A stretch of DNA of 64,000 nucleotides from Candidatus Hinthialibacteria bacterium OLB16 (GTDB taxonomy: Bacteria; Hinthialibacterota; Hinthialibacteria; OLB16): positions 46 through 64,045 of the forward strand of contig LMZT01000169.1 of NCBI GenBank assembly GCA_001567115.1, read 5' to 3'. The notes beneath the pieces are model-generated. The model was given only the letters and a program-made list of their open reading frames with translations, did not search any database and had not been told where the DNA came from. The position numbers and the translations under genes were made by a program. Of this stretch, positions 39,424 to 48,120 are shown one piece after another. Every line of letters begins with the position of its first letter. The stretch's first letter is position 1.

Positions 39424-41140
39424 TCTCCTGGCATTGTTTGACAGGAAAACTACAATTTACCTTGTCGCTGCAAGCGGAGTGTTTTCGCTGGTTGTCATAA
39501 TTGGCCTCTGTTTTGATGGGCTGTGGTATCGCCCGATGCCTGTCTTTGATGTCCCGCTTCTTGAGATGAGGGAGACACTGAGAAAGAACCCTCAAGACCA
39601 GGCCTTGCGTGAAGAGATTCGCCATCTGGACCAGGTGGTTCGCCAGGATTTCATCACCACAAGAAAGCGTCTGCTGGTTGGAGGATACCTCCTGTTCTTC
39701 AGCCTCCTGATTTTTGTCCTGTCGTTGCGAAGATGGACTGTGCTGCAGCAGAAATTGCCGGAACCCCTCCTGTTGTCTCAGCTGGCCGAGCATCCCCAGG
39801 CACAAATGAATTTATTCAGAACTCTCGCCTTTTTCTGCATCCCGCTGGCGCTGCTCTCACTCTATGGGCTTTCATATCTGAAGCACCACCCCCAAATCGT
39901 AAATGAGGCAGGTCTTCAGGCTCCTCAACCACCAGGGCCACCGCTCGAAATTCTGGTGCCTGACAATCAGAAATGGCCTCAACTGCGCGGGCCAAAGGGG
40001 TCAGGGGTTGTCGATGATCCCAATCTGCCTGTTTCATGGGATGTCGAGAAGGCTGAGAATCTTGTCTGGAAAGTTGAAATTCCGGGGAAAGGCCACAGCT
40101 CGCCAGTGATCTGGGGGGATCGCCTTTATATCACGACCGGGGATTTCGAAAGCCGGAAGGTCCTCTGCTACCAGCGAAGTGATGGGAACCTGGTGTGGTC
40201 CTGTGCACTGAGGACCAATGCACAGCTGGATGAAGAGCTGAAGGAAGATGAGGGGGATACCGGCCTGGCTGCTCCGACTGCTGTCACCGATGGACATTAC
40301 ATTGTCGCATTCTTCGGAACCAATGAGATTGCCGGAATCGACAGAGAGGGCCGCCAGATCTGGTCAAGATGGTTCGGCCCTCCGGACAGTGATTTCGGAA
40401 TTGCATCTTCTCCCATTCTCTCCGGGTCAACCGTTTACCTGCAGCTGGATCAGGGAAGCAAAGAAAAGAAGCATTCCATGCTCTATGCTCTGGATATTGC
40501 CAGCGGAAAGCCCCGTTGGGAGATCCCCCGTGAGGTCCCCTGCTCCTGGAGCACTCCGATTCTGGTTGAAAGCAATGGACGGAGCGAACTGATCACTGCC
40601 GCCGATCCATGGGCCATATCGTATGATCCGGTCAGTGGAAAGGAAATCTGGCGCGCGAAAGTTTTGTCCGGTGCAGTTGCACCCATGCCCGCATCCTGCA
40701 ATGGATTCTTTTTTACAGCGACAGAATATTCACAGCTGGCCGCCATCAAAACGGGTGGGCAAGGCGATATCACCGAAACCCATGTGGCCTGGACCATGGA
40801 AAGTGACCTCCCGGATGTAGCCGGCATGGTCACTGATGGAAAACTGCTGATCCTTCCCAATGGGACCGGTAAGGTGCGCTGCTTCGATGTATTGACTGGA
40901 AAACGAATCTGGACTCAGGAGTATGACAATGGTTTCTGGTCAAATCCAACCCTGAATGGTGATCTTGTCTATATGACTGATATGGAAGGGACGACTTTCA
41001 TTTTCAAACTGGCTGATAAATACGAAGAGGTTGGCCAGGGGAAATTCGGAGAGCCTGTTCTGACTTCATTTGCTGTCGCAGACTCACGTTTCTATGTCCG
41101 CGGCGAAAAATACCTTTATTGCCTGGGGAAACCCCAATGA
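39407..41140 (+). CDS. Membrane-anchored PQQ-like beta-propeller repeat protein
   Basis: Two N-terminal TM helices then an 8-blade PQQ-type propeller (LVWKVEIPGKGHSSPVIWGDRLYITT ..., KPRWEIP..., KEIWRAKV..., KRIWTQEYD...). Confidence 0.7.
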   Translation: MHMLDNLLALFDRKTTIYLVAASGVFSLVVIIGLCFDGLWYRPMPVFDVPLLEMRETLRKNPQDQALREEIRHLDQVVRQDFITTRKRLLVGGYLLFFSLLIFVLSLRRWTVLQQKLPEPLLLSQLAEHPQAQMNLFRTLAFFCIPLALLSLYGLSYLKHHPQIVNEAGLQAPQPPGPPLEILVPDNQKWPQLRGPKGSGVVDDPNLPVSWDVEKAENLVWKVEIPGKGHSSPVIWGDRLYITTGDFESRKVLCYQRSDGNLVWSCALRTNAQLDEELKEDEGDTGLAAPTAVTDGHYIVAFFGTNEIAGIDREGRQIWSRWFGPPDSDFGIASSPILSGSTVYLQLDQGSKEKKHSMLYALDIASGKPRWEIPREVPCSWSTPILVESNGRSELITAADPWAISYDPVSGKEIWRAKVLSGAVAPMPASCNGFFFTATEYSQLAAIKTGGQGDITETHVAWTMESDLPDVAGMVTDGKLLILPNGTGKVRCFDVLTGKRIWTQEYDNGFWSNPTLNGDLVYMTDMEGTTFIFKLADKYEEVGQGKFGEPVLTSFAVADSRFYVRGEKYLYCLGKPQ

Positions 41141-41973
41141 TTGTCACAGGTCAACAGGAGATCGTGCTTGCTGAGGTTGACCGGATTGTAGAAACAGTCG
41201 GCGGCAATGGCCAGCAGGTTATACAAATTCTCCAGGCGATACAGGAAAAATACCGCTATCTTCCCACAGAAGCGCTGGAGCGTGTTTGTGAGCTCACTGA
41301 TATATCACCGGCACGCATTGCAGGGGTTGCATCATTTTATTCCCAGTTCCGATTCAACCCGGTGGGGCTGCATCAGATCCGGGTGTGCCATGGAACTGCC
41401 TGCCATGTCAAAGGCTCAGCTCTGGTCCAGGATTCCATTGAACGGCACCTTGATATCGGAATGGACAGGGACACGACAACCGATGGCCTTTTCACAGTTG
41501 AAAAAGTTGCCTGTCTGGGATGCTGCACTCTTGCTCCGGTTGTTCAGATCGATGACCTTGTTTATGGGGGTCTGACACCCGACAAGGTTCCTGTAGTCAT
41601 CAGAAGCTTCCTGAATAATCCACAGCTGCGCAATGGCTCGGTTGAAACACAGGCAGATGATGAAGCAATCGAGAATGTTTTCGGTGAAATTCGGATCGGA
41701 CTGGGATCCTGCTGTGTTGCCAAAGGAAGCGACCGGTTGAAAACCGCGCTCGAAGATGCGATTCGAGAAACAGGCGCACGCGCTGTCGTCAAAAGGGTTG
41801 GCTGTGTGGGAATCTGCCATCAGACCCCACTCATCGAAGTGATTGCTCCCGACCAGACATCTCATCTCTATGCCGACCTCAAACCGACTGAAGCAAAGAA
41901 CCTTGTCGTCAAACATTTTCCCGAGGCGGTCGGTTTTCAAGAAAATCAGCCATTCTCTCAACCGTGTGCTTGA
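41137..41973 (+). CDS. NuoE-like [2Fe-2S] subunit fused to a thioredoxin-like [2Fe-2S] ferredoxin domain (HndA+HndB-like)
   Basis: NuoE motifs VCHGTACHVKGS ... CLGCCTLAPVVQID; second domain IGLGSCCVAKGS ... VGCVGICHQTPLIEV. The 3' end overlaps the next ORF in a different frame (possible fusion, see findings). Confidence 0.75.
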   Translation: MIVTGQQEIVLAEVDRIVETVGGNGQQVIQILQAIQEKYRYLPTEALERVCELTDISPARIAGVASFYSQFRFNPVGLHQIRVCHGTACHVKGSALVQDSIERHLDIGMDRDTTTDGLFTVEKVACLGCCTLAPVVQIDDLVYGGLTPDKVPVVIRSFLNNPQLRNGSVETQADDEAIENVFGEIRIGLGSCCVAKGSDRLKTALEDAIRETGARAVVKRVGCVGICHQTPLIEVIAPDQTSHLYADLKPTEAKNLVVKHFPEAVGFQENQPFSQPCA

Positions 41974-43507
41974 AAAAATATTCCAGGATGATGCCTGGGA
42001 ACCGGTTGACAGATTTTCCATTCATGTTCGTGATGAACCGGTTTCTGCCTTTCTGAGCCGCCAGATCCACATTGCGACAGAGCATGGAGGAACACTGAAT
42101 CCATTTGATCTCGAGGAGTACATCCACCACCAGGGATTCGCTGCACTTAGAAAGTGCCTTGAATCGTATACGCCCGCCCAGATCATCGACCAGATTGCTG
42201 AAAGCGGATTGAGAGGAAGAGGGGGCGCCGGTTTTCATTCAGCGACAAAGTGGCGAAAGGTCCGCGAATCTCCCGGAGAGATCAAATATGTCATCTGTAA
42301 TGGGGATGAGGGTGATCCAGGAGCATTCATGGACCGGATGCTGCTCGAATCCTTCCCGTTCCGTGTCATCGAAGGAATGATTATCGCGGCTTATGCTGTC
42401 GGCGCATCCGAGGCTATCTTCTATGTGCGTGCAGAATACCCGCTGGCTTTGAAAGTCCTCCGGCGAGCGCTGGCGCTTTGTGAAGGGAATGGTTATATCG
42501 GCGGCAATATCCTGGGGAGTGATTACTCAATTCATTTCCATATCGCCGAGGGAGCCGGAGCCTTTGTTTCCGGGGAAGAAACTGCACTGCTGGCATCAGT
42601 TGAAGGGAAGAGAAGCATCCCGAGAATCAGGCCGCCTTACCCTGCGGAAAAAGGGCTATGGGATCAGCCCACGCTCATCAACAATGTCGAAACATATTCC
42701 CTGGTGCCATGGATTCTGCGTGAAGGGGCTGAGTCCTTTGCAGCCCTTGGAACAGCCACCAGCAAAGGGACCAAAGTGTTTGCCCTTGCAGGAAAAGTGA
42801 AACGGGGTGGTTTGATCGAAGTGCCGATGGGGATCACCATCCGGGAGGTTGTTAATGAAATTGGTGGCGGTGTTGCAGATGGAAGGCAGTTCAAAGCGGT
42901 TCAGGTAGGTGGCCCGTCTGGCGGCTGTGTTCCTGCAGCACTTGCTGATACTCCCATAGATTTCGAAGCGCTCCAGTCAATCGGGGCCATCATGGGATCC
43001 GGTGGGCTGGTCGTTTTGGATGATACGGATTGCATGGTGGACATTTCCAGATACTTTCTGCAGTTCACTCAGAATGAGAGCTGTGGGAAATGCACACTGT
43101 GCCGCATTGGTTCCAAGCGGATGCTTGAAATTGTCACCCGTTTGTGTGAAGGGAAAGGGCGGCCACAGGATATAGGCATTCTCGAAGAGCTGTCTGCCGG
43201 AATGAAAGCGGCCAGCTTCTGTGGTCTGGGAAAAACCGCCCCCAATCCGGTCTTGACTTCGCTCCGTTATTTTCGTGAGGAATATCTTGCGCATGTGGAA
43301 GGCCGCTGCCCGGCCGGAAAATGCAAGGCATTGATCCGCTACAGGATTGAGGACCACTGTATTGGCTGCACAATCTGCGCACAGCACTGTCCAGTCGGTG
43401 CAATCCATTCAATCCCCTACCAGCTGCATACCATCGATGATTCACTCTGTGTGCGTTGCGACATGTGCCGTTCGGCCTGTCCCGAGAAAGCAGTCAAGGT
43501 GGTTTGA
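41843..43507 (+). CDS. NuoF-like NAD(P)H-binding flavoprotein subunit with C-terminal 2x[4Fe-4S] ferredoxin domain (HydB/HndC/StnB-like)
   Basis: SGLRGRGGAGF, FMN/NADH-binding GDEGDPGAF, ESCGKCTLCR 4Fe-4S, C-terminal CIGCTICAQHCP and CVRCDMCRSACP. The true start is uncertain: either GTG near 41957 or fused to the upstream gene through a T4 homopolymer frameshift at 41934-41937. Confidence 0.8.
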   Translation: MLPTRHLISMPTSNRLKQRTLSSNIFPRRSVFKKISHSLNRVLEKIFQDDAWEPVDRFSIHVRDEPVSAFLSRQIHIATEHGGTLNPFDLEEYIHHQGFAALRKCLESYTPAQIIDQIAESGLRGRGGAGFHSATKWRKVRESPGEIKYVICNGDEGDPGAFMDRMLLESFPFRVIEGMIIAAYAVGASEAIFYVRAEYPLALKVLRRALALCEGNGYIGGNILGSDYSIHFHIAEGAGAFVSGEETALLASVEGKRSIPRIRPPYPAEKGLWDQPTLINNVETYSLVPWILREGAESFAALGTATSKGTKVFALAGKVKRGGLIEVPMGITIREVVNEIGGGVADGRQFKAVQVGGPSGGCVPAALADTPIDFEALQSIGAIMGSGGLVVLDDTDCMVDISRYFLQFTQNESCGKCTLCRIGSKRMLEIVTRLCEGKGRPQDIGILEELSAGMKAASFCGLGKTAPNPVLTSLRYFREEYLAHVEGRCPAGKCKALIRYRIEDHCIGCTICAQHCPVGAIHSIPYQLHTIDDSLCVRCDMCRSACPEKAVKVV

Positions 43508-43510
43508 CCC

Positions 43511-45499
43511 ATGCCAGATATGGTTTCACTGATAATTGATGGCATACCGGTCCAGGTGGCCTCGGGAGAGACGATCCTCCAGGCTGCAGAGAAATCCGGC
43601 ATTCAAATCCCCACACTCTGCTTCATGGAAGGCCTTGCCGACCTGGAATCCTGCGGTGTGTGTGTGGTCGAAGTGGAGGGAAACCCAAATCTTCTTCCAT
43701 CCTGTGTATCGAGATGCCTGCCTGATATGAAAATCCGTACTGATTCCGAAAAGGTTCGAAAGGCCAGGAAGCTGGCACTCGAACTGTTGTTGTCGGACCA
43801 TCTCGGGGATTGCCAGGCGCCCTGTGAACTGGCCTGTCCTGCGGAAATTGACATCCCCGAGTTCATTCGGCAGATACGATACAACCATCCGGACAAAGCC
43901 CTGCGAGTTATTCTGGAAAAGATCGCCTTTCCGGGAGTTCTCGGCAGGATCTGTCCCAAGTTCTGTGAAGGTGTCTGTCGTCGTGGGGAATATGATGAGC
44001 CTGTTTCTATCTGCTCCCTGAAAAGATTTCCGGCAGACATCGTTCCACAGGATATTAAACAGCAGCAGCACTCTGCTGTTGTCAGGTCCGGAAAGAAAGT
44101 TGCAATCCTCGGTTCTGGTGTCGTTGGCCTGACTGCAGCCTATTATCTCACACTCGCCGGGCATGAGTGTATTGTCTTTGAGGCTGCACCGAGGCCTGGC
44201 GGGGCGATGAGGAATATCATTCCGGAATTTCGACTTCCCGCACAGGTGATTGATGATGAAATTGCGGACATTCAATCACTTGGTGTCAAGATTCACTGCA
44301 ACCAGGCCCTCGGAAAGGATGTTTTCCTGGATGACCTGCGAAATGAATATGATGCAATTCTGCTGGCTATTGGTGCAAATGGGGAAAAACATCCAACCTT
44401 CTCCGGTTCTGATCTGGGCCAATCGTGTTTCAACTTCCTCGAACAGGTTGCCTATGGTGCCTGCACATCGGTTGAGAAAAATGTAGTCATCATCGGCTCC
44501 GGGCCTACCTCTCTGGATTCTGCAAGAACATGCCTGCGGCTGGGAGCTGAAGAAGCCACCATGATAATCCCGTCTTCGCAGCGCACCCATTTCTTCTTTA
44601 CACCGCAACTGCAATACGCGCTTGAAGAAGGTGTCAAGATTCATTATGACAGTGAGATATTATCCACTGCCATCGGAGCAAACCGGCAGATTTCGTGTGA
44701 AGTGAATACCTCTGGAGATCGTTGGGTGATAACTGCGGACCAGATTTTCCTCTCCGGGCATGTCGAGGCTGATGTCCAGCTGCTGGAAGAACTCGGATTC
44801 AAAACCCTCCGGGGAGGAGTCCAGATTGATAAGAAGACCCTGGAAACAAATATCCCGGGGGTCTTTGCGGCCGGCAACATCGCCCAGTCCGGCCGGTATG
44901 CGGTCCATGGCTCGGCTTCAGGCCGGATTGTTGCCGAGTCTATTCATCGTTACCTCACTGGCATCCCGCCACAGCCCGAATGGATCAATGTTCGGATGCA
45001 GCATCTGACAGAGGATGAAAAGGAACTTCTGGGGAAAGACCGGCATGACATTTCACGATTGATGGATTTGATTCTTTCTCCTGAATTCCGTTCCCATAAT
45101 TTCGAGGAATTCAATCAGGGACTCACTACAGATGCAGCGATCAAGGAAGCGGCACGCTGCCTGAACTGTGATTGCGCCAGCAAAAGAGAGTGCTCACTTC
45201 GCATCCAGTCGACATTATGCGATGCAAATCCACGGGCATTTCGTGGAGACAGGCCGGCCTTTGAAAAAGATGATTCACACCCGGATATTGTTTATGAATC
45301 CGGCAAGTGCATCAAATGCGGGCGCTGCATTGCTATTGCGGAGCAGCACCGTGAAAAGTATGGCTTGACCTACATCGGCAGGGGATTTTCAGTCAAAGTG
45401 CAGACACCGATCATGGGAAAAATCGCCGAGGGCCTTTCTCTGGTTGCGATTGAATGTGCCAAGGCCTGTCCGACCGGAGCACTCTCCAGAAAGCGGTGA
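43511..45499 (+). CDS. Fusion of a NuoG-N-terminal-type [2Fe-2S]/[4Fe-4S] ferredoxin domain with a glutamate-synthase-small-subunit-like (GltD/NfnB) FAD/NAD(P)H oxidoreductase (StnA-like)
   Basis: N-terminus IDGIPVQVASGETILQAAEKSGIQIPTLCF ... CGVCVVEVEG; dinucleotide folds KKVAILGSGVVGLTAAYYL and VVIIGSGPTSLD; AGNIAQ; C-terminal Cys cluster CIKCGRC. Confidence 0.8.
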   Translation: MPDMVSLIIDGIPVQVASGETILQAAEKSGIQIPTLCFMEGLADLESCGVCVVEVEGNPNLLPSCVSRCLPDMKIRTDSEKVRKARKLALELLLSDHLGDCQAPCELACPAEIDIPEFIRQIRYNHPDKALRVILEKIAFPGVLGRICPKFCEGVCRRGEYDEPVSICSLKRFPADIVPQDIKQQQHSAVVRSGKKVAILGSGVVGLTAAYYLTLAGHECIVFEAAPRPGGAMRNIIPEFRLPAQVIDDEIADIQSLGVKIHCNQALGKDVFLDDLRNEYDAILLAIGANGEKHPTFSGSDLGQSCFNFLEQVAYGACTSVEKNVVIIGSGPTSLDSARTCLRLGAEEATMIIPSSQRTHFFFTPQLQYALEEGVKIHYDSEILSTAIGANRQISCEVNTSGDRWVITADQIFLSGHVEADVQLLEELGFKTLRGGVQIDKKTLETNIPGVFAAGNIAQSGRYAVHGSASGRIVAESIHRYLTGIPPQPEWINVRMQHLTEDEKELLGKDRHDISRLMDLILSPEFRSHNFEEFNQGLTTDAAIKEAARCLNCDCASKRECSLRIQSTLCDANPRAFRGDRPAFEKDDSHPDIVYESGKCIKCGRCIAIAEQHREKYGLTYIGRGFSVKVQTPIMGKIAEGLSLVAIECAKACPTGALSRKR

Positions 45500-45627
45500 C
45501 TCAGTGAGCTGTACCGGTGGATAGGTATCTCTGCTCCAACCCATGGGGCAGTGTGGCTCTCTGCTATCTTTAACAGAATCAAAGATCGTTGTGCTCGCCC
45601 TGAAAAAAGTGGATACGCAGGCCAGCC

Positions 45628-47084
45628 TCAGCCCAGCCCCAGCCTTTGAATCTTTTTCAATAACCCCCGCCGGGTCAGCCCAAGCATCTCCGCTGCATGG
45701 GTTTTGTTTCCATTCGTTTCCTGCAGAGCTTTCCGAATCAGACGTTTTTCCAGGAGATTGGTGACCTCTCTGAGAGATGAGGAATCAGCTTCGAGGTCCG
45801 GAATGTATGGCGCTTTTCCTAAGGAAAGCAGAATTTTTCGAGAGACCAATTCTTCTGTAAGGATGGAGTCGTATTTCCCCAGGATGACCATCTGCTCAAT
45901 TTCATGTTTGAGCTGGCGGCAATTGCCAGGCCAGGAGTAATCAAGAAACATCCGCATGACCCTGGGGTGGATCTTTTTAGGCTCCAAACCCGCTTCCTTA
46001 ACCGCCTGATCCAGGAAATACTCCACCAGAATAGGGATCTCCTCAGGGCGTTCCTGGAGTGATGGAACTGTGATCGTCAACACACTCAGCCGGTAGAAGA
46101 GGTCCTCACGGAACTTTTCCTTCTGCGATCCAGCGTTCCAAATCCTGGTTGGTTGCAGCAATGATGCGCGCATCCACTTGAATGGTGCGTGTCCCACCCA
46201 CCCGTTCAAAAACGCCCCGATTCCAGAAACCTGAGCAGCTTGGCTTGTATGTTCATGGGGGCATCGCCGATCTCATCCAGAAGAAGAGTTCCCCCCTCAG
46301 CCATTTCGACCATCCCCTTCTTGATGGAGTTAGCCCCGGTAAATGCCCCTTTTTCATGGCCAAAGAGCTCGGATTCCATCAATGTTTCCGTCATGTTGGC
46401 ACAGTTCAAATCAATAAAGGGTTTGCTTTTCCGGCTCGAGTTTTCATGAAGAATTTCGGCAATCAGATTTTTTCCCGTGCCAGTCTCTCCCTGAATCAGC
46501 ACCGGAGCATCGTTATCGGAAAACAGTTCCAGACGGCGCCGGAGATCCTTCATCGCTTTCGATGCACAGATAAGGCGGTCGAAAGCAAACATCTGAGACA
46601 AGTTGCGTGTTTTCCCCGGTTCTAAAGCCAGCGGGACATTGAAAGTGCGGCCTGCGATATCCTCCACAAGCTCCATCACCGCAAAGATTTCCCCACTCTT
46701 ATCACGAAGTGGGATTGCCACAACCTCAAAATGCTTGAAGACAATGCCTTCCTGATTGCGGCTGGGAGCAACACGCCGGACTAATTTTCCGGTCTGGAAT
46801 GCAATTTTCGAGGCACACCAGGGGCAGACTTCCTCGCGTTGATCGTCATTCATATAGGCCTGAAAACAAAATGCCGCCGCCCGAGTTGGTCTATCCGGGA
46901 AAAATGACTGCTGGTGCTGGTTGACGTAGATAATCCGCATATCGCGGTTGACGATATTGATCCCGAAGGGGAGTGCATCTAAAGCGGACAGCGCAAAATC
47001 CTGCACTGAGAAAGGGAGTAAGTCCTCCACAATCCGCTCACCATTAGAGCCGGTCAGACTGGTGATAGATTTCTTTGTCGACAT
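45628..47084 (-). pseudogene. Sigma-54-dependent transcriptional activator (PAS sensor, AAA+ and Fis-type HTH), interrupted by two 1-nt homopolymer insertions near 46208-46212 and 46115-46118
   Basis: ORFs 46206-47084 and 45628-46209. A third frame between them reads [31 protein letters not shown], the conserved sigma54-interaction region. Walker A GETGTGK, GAFTGA motif, ESELFGHEKGAFTGA, C-terminal AAEMLGLTRRGL HTH. Confidence 0.85.
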
Positions 47085-47286
47085 AGGCGGCCAATCGTTT
47101 TCTAGTGTGAATGACAGTTCTCATCCAGGAAAAGCAGATGTGAACGAAGTATCGAGGTGGAACCTTTACGTCCACTCTGATGAATATGAGTGGATGGGCT
47201 TCTACCAGTTTCTTTTTGTGCGGCGGGCCGCTTCAGAAGGGCTTTTGGGTTGTAAATCCAGATATTCACGGAACACTGGTCTCACT

Positions 47287-47302
47287 TGGCCTGGTCTTTG
47301 CT
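47287..47302 (+). promoter_or_regulatory. Candidate sigma-54 (-24/-12) promoter TGGCCT-N5-TTGCT upstream of the prepilin-like/LamG genes
   Basis: tTGGCCtggtcTTTGCt matches the TGGCAC-N5-TTGCW consensus with correct GG to GC spacing. It lies about 100 bp upstream of the 47401 ATG and is divergent from the sigma54 activator gene. Confidence 0.55.
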
Positions 47303-47400
47303 CACATGGTCTGCTGAGCGAATCTGATATGAATAATGTACCTGATTAGCTGAAGCAAGGCAACGAGTCCAGCGGGTCAGAGGGTAAAAAGGAGGACTGA

Positions 47401-48036
47401 ATGCGGCTCAACCAGGGGTTTACCTTGATAGAACTTTTGATTGTTATCGCGATCATTCTAATTTTGATTTCTATTGCCCTTCCCAACTTTCTTGAGGCGC
47501 AACTCAGGGCAAAGGTGACTAAAGCGATGGGAGAAATGAAATCTCTCTCGATTGCGGTTGAAGCCTATGCTTCGGACCGATCCAACAGCAACAGACCCTA
47601 CCTTTTCGGTGAATTTGTTCAGGATAGGCCAATGTACCGGTGGACCTATGGTTATGCCCCTGATTCACTGACAACACCAGTCGCCTACATCAAGATCCAT
47701 CCAGAAGATCCTTTTAATCATGGGGAATTCAGCATATATGGCGGACAGCAGCTCAATTATCCAGCGGGCCATCTGCACCGGCATTACCGCATCGCTCCTC
47801 GAACTCCCTATACAGGTTTCAATTCGGCCTGGACGGAAGATAGCTGGCGAACCTATCTATGGCCAATGATGACCAAGCAATGGGGGGCGTTTCAGTCGAA
47901 TTATATTCTGGTCAGTGTCGGTCCGGATAAGGTGGAAGATATCATTCCAGCCTACCACCCTCTGGTCTACTCCCCTACCAATGGGACAAAAAGTCTCGGA
48001 GATATCGGTATCCATTCCGGCGGCATTGGAAGATAA
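47401..48036 (+). CDS. Prepilin-type N-terminal cleavage/methylation domain protein (paralog of 27285-27995)
   Basis: MRLNQGFTLIELLIVIAIILILISIALPNFLEAQ; C-terminal YSPTNGTKSLGD motif; RBS aaaggagg. Confidence 0.8.
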   Translation: MRLNQGFTLIELLIVIAIILILISIALPNFLEAQLRAKVTKAMGEMKSLSIAVEAYASDRSNSNRPYLFGEFVQDRPMYRWTYGYAPDSLTTPVAYIKIHPEDPFNHGEFSIYGGQQLNYPAGHLHRHYRIAPRTPYTGFNSAWTEDSWRTYLWPMMTKQWGAFQSNYILVSVGPDKVEDIIPAYHPLVYSPTNGTKSLGDIGIHSGGIGR

Positions 48037-48120
48037 ATCTTTAATTTAAACAAGTTTTCAGGCTGTAACGTGCCTTTGTGCTGAGGGCATGCCGAATCGA
48101 ATAGAAGGAGGCTAAAGACA

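Noticed and set aside
39407-41140. Calling the PQQ-like propellers true PQQ-dependent dehydrogenases
   Set aside because: They lack the size (about 600-aa soluble quinoprotein core), the conserved Cys-Cys vicinal disulfide and the Ca/PQQ-binding residues I would expect. They look like structural/BamB-type propellers, so no catalytic claim is made
41843-41973. Treating the NuoE-Trx / NuoF overlap as a definite frameshift like the others
   Set aside because: A plausible in-frame GTG start (about 41957) lets NuoF start independently with a 17-bp overlap, which is common in this operon. Fusion via the T4 run is attractive but not provable from sequence alone, so both ORFs are reported separately
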